Virus record (IMG/VR): IMGVR_UViG_3300045988_111115
Location: 1 to 64,000 of that record
Reading direction: 5' to 3' (one strand)
Length of the DNA: 64,000 nucleotides
From: a virus
Part shown: positions 57,248 through 64,000 of the stretch, piece by piece
How positions within the stretch are numbered: the first letter of the stretch is position 1
Layout: the number at the start of each line of letters is the position of its first letter
The notes under the pieces: generated by a model
Told to the model about the DNA's origin: nothing
Seen by the model: only the letters and a program-made list of their open reading frames with translations
Database searches by the model: none
Translations under genes and position numbers: made by a program

Positions 57248-59434
57248 ATGTGTTATTATAATGATAGCACATATGCTTTTATTAATTATGAGAGAAAGGA
57301 GATAAAGCATTTGAGTTTTTATTATAAACCTGTAATGACTTCCTCTATGATAGTAGATGAGTTATGGAAGTTGAAGTCTTTAGCCAAAAAGATGAACTCT
57401 ATAGAGGAGTTTGCATTTGATACAGAAACAAATACTAAAGATTGGGTAGTAGCAGATAATGATGTGTTTAGAATAGTAGGCATATCTATTTCGTGGGGTT
57501 TTAACAACAACTACTACATTCCTTTAGGTCATAGACGTGATGAAGATTACTATAATCAACTCGAAGAAGAGGTAGTAGTGAAGTACTTAAAGCCTTGCTT
57601 TGAGAGAACAGATGTAAGAGTAATTGGACACAATTTAAAGTTTGATATGCACGTTATGAGCCGTATTGGTATTCACATTCAGACAGCCGATTTATTTGAT
57701 ACAATGATAGCAGAATGGCTTTGTGATGAGAATACACCAAACGGACTTAAAGGCTGTTCTATGAGACGATTAGAGATAGCACAGACACACTTTGCAGAGG
57801 TTACGAATACAGTACCTAATGAAGTTAAAAAGCAGTTCGGACTAAAAGCAAGTAATAAAGCTACTATGGACTTAACCCTGATTGAAGATTGTGCACCTTA
57901 TGCTTTAGCCGATAGTTTTTATACGTGGTGTTTGTATGTAGGCTATCTTGATGAACTGCACAAAGAGAAAATGGATAAAATCTATAGTAAAGTGTACAGA
58001 AAGTTTATAAGAGTACTGTACACTATGGAGGAACAAGGTGCTAATGTAGCTGTAGACCGACTTGAAGAAATGGACGTTGAGATAACTAAAGACCTTGAAG
58101 AAATGCTCGCAAAGATGTTTGATTTAGTAGGTATGGAATTTAACCCGAATAGTAATAAGCAGTTACAAGAGTTACTGTTTGGGTATGTTAAAGACGGAGG
58201 TACACCTACTAAGTTAAGTGATGTTTCTTTCGGTTTCAGACAAATAAGTGCTACTAAAAGTGGTGCACCTCAATGTAACTCAGATACCATTTGGACACTC
58301 TCTAACTTAGAGTTTAAGAATAAGCGAAAAAAGCAAGGTGTAGAATTTTGCAAGCTACTTAATGACTATAAGAGGTTAGGAAAGTTAGCAAGTGCCTTTG
58401 TGAGAGGTTTGAAGAAACAGTTATATAGTGACGGTAAAGCACACCCTACCTTTAATATCATAGGTACTGATAGTGGTAGAATTTCTTGTTCACGTCCTAA
58501 TCTACAACAGTTACCAAAAGCAGGTGATGATGATAAGTACCAAATTCGTAGCTTGTTTATCGGAAGTGACTATGTATCAGATAGTGAGGGAAATTGGGTA
58601 AGTGATGATGTCGAAGAAGCATATAACCATAGGAATTTAGAGATAAAGCGTAAGAAGATAGTAGCACTTGACTTTGCTAACCTTGAAATGCGAATACTAA
58701 CCCACTTTAGTCAGGACCAAAACCTACTTGATATGTTTAATAACGGTGATGATACTCACGGTAGTACTGCTGTCAATATGTTTGAGTTAGATTGTAACCC
58801 TGATGAGGTAAAGAAGAAGTACCCACATTTGAGACAAGCCGCAAAGGTAATTAACTTCTTGTTAATGTATGGAGGCTCTGCTCCGACTTTGTATAATAAC
58901 TTAAAGGGAGACCATTATAACCCGATAGATTTAGGAGATAAGAAGTATTTAGAGATGTACCACGTAAAGAATGGTAAAGATGTCGCACAAATCTATATTG
59001 ATAAGTACTTTACCTCTTATGCAGGTGTAAGCACCTTTATTAAAAACCAAAGACGATATGCACACCGCCACGAGTATGTATATACCCTTTTAAAGAGGAA
59101 AAGAAGACTGCCGAATATAAATTCATACAGTCCAAAGGACGTGTCCTATTGTGAGCGTTTAGCCGTTAATGCGTGTATTCAAGGTAGTGCCGCAGATTTA
59201 ACAATGTCTGCTCAAAATCGAGTTTTTGCAGACCATTGGTACGAAGAACACGGAGTACATATGATACTTCAAGTACACGACGAATTGGTGTTTGACTGTC
59301 CTGAAAAGTATGTAGATGAGTGCATAGAGAGGACTAAGCACTATATGGAACACGCTTTTGGAGATAACGTAAGTCTTAATCTACCTATGAGGGCAGACGC
59401 AGACTTTGGAGACAGTTATCAAGAAGCAAAGTAA
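57248..59434 (+). CDS. DNA polymerase I (family A) with 3'-5' exonuclease domain; true start may be TTG at about 57309
   Basis: FDTETN exo I; RQAAKVINFLLMYGGS (K...YG motif B); VHDELVFD motif C. Confidence 0.85.
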   Translation: MCYYNDSTYAFINYERKEIKHLSFYYKPVMTSSMIVDELWKLKSLAKKMNSIEEFAFDTETNTKDWVVADNDVFRIVGISISWGFNNNYYIPLGHRRDEDYYNQLEEEVVVKYLKPCFERTDVRVIGHNLKFDMHVMSRIGIHIQTADLFDTMIAEWLCDENTPNGLKGCSMRRLEIAQTHFAEVTNTVPNEVKKQFGLKASNKATMDLTLIEDCAPYALADSFYTWCLYVGYLDELHKEKMDKIYSKVYRKFIRVLYTMEEQGANVAVDRLEEMDVEITKDLEEMLAKMFDLVGMEFNPNSNKQLQELLFGYVKDGGTPTKLSDVSFGFRQISATKSGAPQCNSDTIWTLSNLEFKNKRKKQGVEFCKLLNDYKRLGKLASAFVRGLKKQLYSDGKAHPTFNIIGTDSGRISCSRPNLQQLPKAGDDDKYQIRSLFIGSDYVSDSEGNWVSDDVEEAYNHRNLEIKRKKIVALDFANLEMRILTHFSQDQNLLDMFNNGDDTHGSTAVNMFELDCNPDEVKKKYPHLRQAAKVINFLLMYGGSAPTLYNNLKGDHYNPIDLGDKKYLEMYHVKNGKDVAQIYIDKYFTSYAGVSTFIKNQRRYAHRHEYVYTLLKRKRRLPNINSYSPKDVSYCERLAVNACIQGSAADLTMSAQNRVFADHWYEEHGVHMILQVHDELVFDCPEKYVDECIERTKHYMEHAFGDNVSLNLPMRADADFGDSYQEAK

Positions 59435-59445
59435 GAGGTGATACT

Positions 59446-59595
59446 ATGAAGAAGTTATTGAAGAAGATAGGTAAACTATTTTGCGTACACGAATTTGTTA
59501 CAAGAAGATATGCACCAAAGACAGCAGGGTATACAATGACCGAAGTAAGAAAGTGTGCAAAGTGCGGTAAAGTACTTTGGAAAGCATATTATTAA
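59446..59595 (+). CDS. Small Cys-containing protein (49 aa)
   Basis: Manual ORF after GAGGTG; followed by a terminator. Confidence 0.35.
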   Translation: MKKLLKKIGKLFCVHEFVTRRYAPKTAGYTMTEVRKCAKCGKVLWKAYY

Positions 59596-59600
59596 TACTT

Positions 59601-59629
59601 AGGGTAGCTAATGCTACCCTTTTTATTTT
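59601..59629 (+). terminator. Rho-independent terminator (agggtagc-taat-gctaccct plus TTTTTATTTT)
   Basis: Read directly. Confidence 0.65.
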
Positions 59630-59712
59630 GCAATTTGACAGATATATTAAAGTGTGTTATGATAATCATACAATTTGAAAAGATATGATTGTAGAAAGGA
59701 GTTGAAAGCCAA

Positions 59713-59931
59713 GTGAAAACGGCAAGAACGACTATTGAGACCAGTGTTACACTTATGGAAGAAGTCAAGAAGAAAGCTAATTCTAATAGTGAAAACATTG
59801 GAGACTTTATCACAAGAGCCTTGCTTAATCAACTTGAAGCTGAGGGTGATTTTGAAATTAGAGAAGAAGTGGAGGAAGAACTAAATGGCAGTTGTGAAAA
59901 GAAAATCAGTAACCAAAAAAGCAGAGCCTAA
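59713..59931 (+). CDS. Ribbon-helix-helix (CopG/Arc-like) DNA-binding protein (GTG start)
   Basis: N-terminal beta-strand TTIETSVTLMEEVKKKA followed by two helices. Confidence 0.45.
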   Translation: MKTARTTIETSVTLMEEVKKKANSNSENIGDFITRALLNQLEAEGDFEIREEVEEELNGSCEKKISNQKSRA

Positions 59932-60994
59932 AAAGGCTACTACACCAAAGAAGAGCAATCCTGATTTGAATAAGATTGTGGAGGGACTGAATAAGAAGTT
60001 CGGAGACAATGTAGTAGCAGTAGGTTTTAGCAAGACCTATGCACAAAGTAACAAAGTACAAAGAATACCTACAGGTAGCTTTACACTTGATATTGCTTTA
60101 GGTGGGGGACTTCCTTTAGGTAGGTACATTGAAATATCTGGTGCTTATTCTTCTACAAAAACCTCACAAGTACTTGATATTATAAGAGAAGCACAAAAAG
60201 CAGGACTTATATGTGCTCTACTTGATGTAGAGGGCACTACTGATGAGGTGTATTTGAAGCGTAAAGGGGTAGATGTAGATAACTTACTTTATTCAAGACC
60301 CGCAGGAATGGAGGAAGCCTGTGACTTGATGTTAGAGTTACAGAAGAGCGGAGAAGTACATTTAGGTGTAATAGATAGTATCGCCGCTATGTCTCCAAAT
60401 AAGGAACAAGAGACCGCAATAGCCGATAGTGTTCGTATGGGTATCCCTCAACAAATACTCGGAGAGTTTTTCCGTAAGTTTCAAGCAAACAATAATAAAC
60501 TTGATAGAGAGGGAAAGACACCTTTTACACTTATTGGACTTAATCAGCTAAGAGAAAAGATTGGTGCTTATGGTGACCCTGAATATACACCGGGGGGTAG
60601 AGCAAAAGGTTTTACCTGTAGTGTAGATATTCGTCTCCGTAGAGGAGATTGGATAGTACAAGGTACAGGTGTTGACAAAGAAATGGTGGGTCAAGTAGTG
60701 AAGTTCAAGATTGAAAAGAACAAGACCTATAAGCGTATGCAGTCAGGAGAGTTTGATTTTTATTTCAGTGAAAACAATGCAGGAGTACCTGTTTCATACA
60801 ATGATACAGAAAAAGAAGTTGTTGTATGTGCCGTTGAGTATGGTGTTATTGAAAGAGCAGGTGCTTGGTTTAAGTATGAAGACAAGAAGTTTCAAGGACT
60901 TGCTAATCTTGTTGATGAACTTAAAACCAATCCTGAACTACTTGCGGAACTGAAAGAAAAAGTAATGTACTTGAGTACAAGGGAGAACACATAA
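59885..60994 (+). CDS. RecA-family recombinase
   Basis: RIPTGSFTLDIALGGGLPLGRYIEISGAYSSTKT resembles the RecA P-loop region; 369 aa. Confidence 0.75.
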   Translation: MAVVKRKSVTKKAEPKKATTPKKSNPDLNKIVEGLNKKFGDNVVAVGFSKTYAQSNKVQRIPTGSFTLDIALGGGLPLGRYIEISGAYSSTKTSQVLDIIREAQKAGLICALLDVEGTTDEVYLKRKGVDVDNLLYSRPAGMEEACDLMLELQKSGEVHLGVIDSIAAMSPNKEQETAIADSVRMGIPQQILGEFFRKFQANNNKLDREGKTPFTLIGLNQLREKIGAYGDPEYTPGGRAKGFTCSVDIRLRRGDWIVQGTGVDKEMVGQVVKFKIEKNKTYKRMQSGEFDFYFSENNAGVPVSYNDTEKEVVVCAVEYGVIERAGAWFKYEDKKFQGLANLVDELKTNPELLAELKEKVMYLSTRENT

Positions 60995-60995
60995 A

Positions 60996-61268
60996 ATGTC
61001 ATTCGGAAGAGGTTATGCAGAGTTAAATACTCGCTTAGAAAAACGGTCAAGATTTACTATGTCGTGTTATAATTGTGACTATTTTTATCAGACCGCAGAA
61101 GATGAAGAAGAGGTGTGCCAAAACCCCAATGTATTACAGTATGATATGGTTGTATCAGAGAATAATATATACTGTAACCTTTGGACTAACTGCAAGGATA
61201 AGCAAGACCAAAAGTTACGCAGGGAGAAAGCAGTACCTACTGTAAAATCAATATTTAAGAAGAGGTGA
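60996..61268 (+). CDS. Hypothetical Cys-rich protein
   Basis: CYNCDYF...C...C...C; 90 aa. Confidence 0.4.
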   Translation: MSFGRGYAELNTRLEKRSRFTMSCYNCDYFYQTAEDEEEVCQNPNVLQYDMVVSENNIYCNLWTNCKDKQDQKLRREKAVPTVKSIFKKR

Positions 61269-61307
61269 GTACTTTGAATATAACTTAGACCACAAGGAGG
61301 TTAGCAG

Positions 61308-61784
61308 ATGAGTACTGTTAAGAAGATTTCCCAAAAGCAAGAAGCAAAGGTAGCTAAAGACCTTAATGCTAAGACAGTAGTAGCAAGTGGTGCTTTATGG
61401 GGAGCAAAAGGTGATGTCAGAAGTGATAAGTACCTTGTAGAGTGTAAAACCACAAGCAAGTCCTTTTATTCCCTTACATCAAATGTATGGGGTAAAATAA
61501 AACGCGAAGCTATTAAAGACGGATTGAGAGTACCTGCTATGTGTATTGAAGTAAAAGGGCAGTCTGTAGCTATAGTTGAGCAAGGGTTAGTTCAGGACTA
61601 TTTGACAGAACATTGTATAAAGATATATAGTGTAGATGTGCTTGCAAAGTCCTTTAGAGTTAGGGCAGATTATGATAAGCCTGTAGCTTATACCTGTATA
61701 GATAAGAGTTGGGGCAAACACCCTGAAAAACTTGTACAGATGGGTTGGGAAAACTTTGTAGCAATCGCAGATGATTTAATATAA
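61308..61784 (+). CDS. PD-(D/E)xK family nuclease (possible Holliday junction resolvase)
   Basis: GDVRSDKYLVECKTT resembles the D...ExK active-site arrangement. Confidence 0.45.
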   Translation: MSTVKKISQKQEAKVAKDLNAKTVVASGALWGAKGDVRSDKYLVECKTTSKSFYSLTSNVWGKIKREAIKDGLRVPAMCIEVKGQSVAIVEQGLVQDYLTEHCIKIYSVDVLAKSFRVRADYDKPVAYTCIDKSWGKHPEKLVQMGWENFVAIADDLI

Positions 61785-61805
61785 AGAATATGAGGTGAGT
61801 ACATA

Positions 61806-62702
61806 ATGGCTTTAAAATCAGTGTTTAGTAGTATGAAGAGAGAGGGTTATGTGATAAAGCCTTTGGACTACTACTTACTAACACTTAACAAAGAAGACAA
61901 TGACAGGGCGATTAATGTAAATGCTCCGTCACAGATAGGTAGCTGTTTACGTTCACGCTACTATGCACGAATAGGAGCAGAAGCAGACCCTAATACTGTT
62001 GACGGAAGACAGAGAAGAATATTTGATAATGGTACAGGAGTTCACGAGAGACTTCAAGCATACTTGAAGAAGCAAGGTATGTTACTTGCTGATGAAATAC
62101 CTGTTATTAATACAGAGTACAGCATTCAGGGTCATACTGACGGACTTCTAAAGTTATCAAGTGCTGAAATAGGAGTACTTGAAATTAAGTCCATAAACAG
62201 TAAGGGTTTCAGTAGCTTAAAAGGTGCAAAAGAAAATCATAAGTTACAAGGAATATCTTATATCTACTGCTTAGAGGAACGCAGAAAAGCACTTCACGAA
62301 AAGTATAAAAATATGCAAGCGTTCCTATTGGATAAGAAAGCGAGATATAAGTACTATGAACAGTTTTATCAACATTTAAAAGGCGGTACTAAGCATAGCC
62401 GAGATGAGAAAATTAAGTTTCAGTGTGACCTGCATAATCAGTCGGATAAAATACTTATGCAAACGAACATTCCTATAACTAAGGCAGTATTTCTTTATGA
62501 GAACAAAGATACACAAGAACTTAAAGAGTACCTTATAACTACCAAGTCTGAAGAGGGGGCAAGCTATTTGGACAGTATCTTAAATGAGTGTGCTCTTTTA
62601 AATAACTATGTGGATAAGAAGAAAGCACCACCAAGAGAGGGTACTAACCGTTCCTGTACACAGTGCCGTTGGTGTAACTATAAAATTGAATGTTGGAATT
62701 GA
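61806..62702 (+). CDS. Cas4/RecB-like PD-(D/E)xK exonuclease with a four-Cys Fe-S signature
   Basis: N-terminal CLRSRYY; GHTDGLL...LEIKS; C-terminal CTQCRWCNYKIEC. Confidence 0.6.
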   Translation: MALKSVFSSMKREGYVIKPLDYYLLTLNKEDNDRAINVNAPSQIGSCLRSRYYARIGAEADPNTVDGRQRRIFDNGTGVHERLQAYLKKQGMLLADEIPVINTEYSIQGHTDGLLKLSSAEIGVLEIKSINSKGFSSLKGAKENHKLQGISYIYCLEERRKALHEKYKNMQAFLLDKKARYKYYEQFYQHLKGGTKHSRDEKIKFQCDLHNQSDKILMQTNIPITKAVFLYENKDTQELKEYLITTKSEEGASYLDSILNECALLNNYVDKKKAPPREGTNRSCTQCRWCNYKIECWN

Positions 62703-62712
62703 GGTGCAAACT

Positions 62713-63252
62713 ATGCCAAACAAACTACCTAAAAAGCAGAAAATCAACCCACGTAAGATACAAGAGGACTATGCTTCACGCATAGAAAACTCATTACAGA
62801 AAGACGGAGTAGCCTTATTTGATGAGAAGTACTTAGATATAAATGAGGAGTATTTAAGACTACCAAGAGGGATTACAGAAGTAACATCTAAAGAGTTGGG
62901 AGAGTACCTAAATGCTTTCACGCAACAAAAGATGTACCTAAGAACAGTTGCAGGACGTGTCCTATTGTATATCGAAGAGTGCAGACGTAAATACTATGAG
63001 GTAAGTGCTGAGAAGTACAGACGTTTGTCAACGGATAAGATGTCAGAGACTGCAAAAGAGAGAATTATTTTAAGTTCCCCTGAGGTAAGACCCACTTACG
63101 AAGAGTATATGGACTTTAAGAATAAAGGAAAGATACTTGAAAATACAATCGCAAACATAGAAGATACAATCTTTTTGTTAAGTCGTGAAATATCACGAAG
63201 AACAGGAGATTTCGCAGAAGACAGACGAGAATATAATGTGTCAAGGAGGTAA
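62713..63252 (+). CDS. Hypothetical protein
   Basis: ORF 62608..63252; ATG 62713 after GAGGTG. Confidence 0.45.
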   Translation: MPNKLPKKQKINPRKIQEDYASRIENSLQKDGVALFDEKYLDINEEYLRLPRGITEVTSKELGEYLNAFTQQKMYLRTVAGRVLLYIEECRRKYYEVSAEKYRRLSTDKMSETAKERIILSSPEVRPTYEEYMDFKNKGKILENTIANIEDTIFLLSREISRRTGDFAEDRREYNVSRR

Positions 63253-63258
63253 AATTAA

Positions 63259-64000
63259 ATGCCAATCTTTAATAGGGGTGCTAAAGGAGTAACACCTAAA
63301 ATAGACACATCACCTATCACTTTAGATGATGTTCAAAAAGAAGCAGTTGAAACAACTTTTCACAAAGTACTTGTAGTAGCAGGTGCAGGTTCAGGCAAAA
63401 CAAGAGTACTTACTGAACGTGTTAAGTACTTACTAAGCCAGGGTGTAAATCCTTGTAACATAATTGCTATCACTTTTACAAATATGGCGGCAGAGGAAAT
63501 GAAAGAGCGTTTAAAGACAGTAGAGGGTATAGGAGACACTTTCATAGGAACTATACATAGTTTTGCTAATAAAGTTATGAGTTTGTCAGGAGAGACCTAT
63601 ACTATATTTAATGACAGTGTAGACCTTGACTTTCATAAGGAACTCATTGAGAAGTACTGTAAATTCTTAACGCTAAAGAAGTACTTGAAGTACAGAGACT
63701 TAAGAGAAGCAGTAGAACGAGGAGAACAAAGAGAAAGTACTTTAAACAACTTTTTAACACCAAGTGAAGTGGCAGAACTGCACTATATCGAAAGACCTGA
63801 TGTAGATAGGTGTGCAGACCCTAATATAATCAAGAACTACCCTGAAACAATAAAGACACTTTGTCTTGACAGAGGAGTGATTGACTTTAATCAGCTGTTA
63901 AAAAAGGCTACTGAGTACTTTAACTCAATTAAGGCTTTTCCTGAACACGTACTTGTAGATGAGTTTCAGGATATAGATAGCCTTGAAGCAAAGTTTCTAA
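63259..64000 (+). CDS. UvrD/PcrA-family SF1 helicase, N-terminal part (truncated by the window end)
   Basis: VVAGAGSGKTRVLTERV Walker A; FTNMAAEEMKERL; AAGGAGG RBS. Confidence 0.7.
   Translation, partial: MPIFNRGAKGVTPKIDTSPITLDDVQKEAVETTFHKVLVVAGAGSGKTRVLTERVKYLLSQGVNPCNIIAITFTNMAAEEMKERLKTVEGIGDTFIGTIHSFANKVMSLSGETYTIFNDSVDLDFHKELIEKYCKFLTLKKYLKYRDLREAVERGEQRESTLNNFLTPSEVAELHYIERPDVDRCADPNIIKNYPETIKTLCLDRGVIDFNQLLKKATEYFNSIKAFPEHVLVDEFQDIDSLEAKFL

Overview
The window reads as one arm of a tailed, contractile-tail (myovirus-like) bacteriophage of a low-GC Gram-positive host (about 35-38% GC, AGGAGG-type ribosome-binding sites, CHAP endolysin). Essentially every gene is on the + strand. From left to right: (i) a terminal heptamer tandem repeat followed by strand-skewed non-coding tracts and an array of AGTACTGTA motifs; (ii) about 5 kb of small early, host-takeover-like genes, each preceded by the same 16-nt leader AAGAGTGAGAAAGGAG; (iii) a 1.7-kb non-coding region made of homopurine and homopyrimidine tracts; (iv) about 9 kb of small middle genes; (v) an ATP-dependent DNA ligase gene split by a 2.5-kb insertion that carries group I intron core elements (P, Q, R, S) plus an IS607-type serine recombinase TnpA and an apparently intact TnpB, which is an IStron-like intron/transposon chimera; (vi) a complete morphogenesis module: large terminase, portal, scaffold, capsid, sheath, tube, a frameshift-type chaperone pair, tape measure, a P2-like baseplate (X, D, V, W, J, I analogues) and a mosaic beta-helix tail fibre; (vii) XhlA-like protein, holin and CHAP endolysin; (viii) a replication and recombination module: SF2 helicase, DnaC-like loader, a decayed DNA methyltransferase pseudogene, DnaB, primase, family A DNA polymerase, RecA-like recombinase, PD-(D/E)xK and Cas4-like nucleases, and a UvrD-like helicase cut by the window end. 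The IStron-like element in the ligase gene, with a candidate omega-RNA at its 3' end, is the most notable system. Further regulatory or RNA candidates are: a promoter-to-terminator structured RNA or leader of about 380 nt at 9.5-9.96 kb; a 21-bp perfect palindrome present at two module starts; and a 16-mer shared by the terminase and tape-measure upstream regions. All functional calls come from motif recognition by eye. No database search was run.
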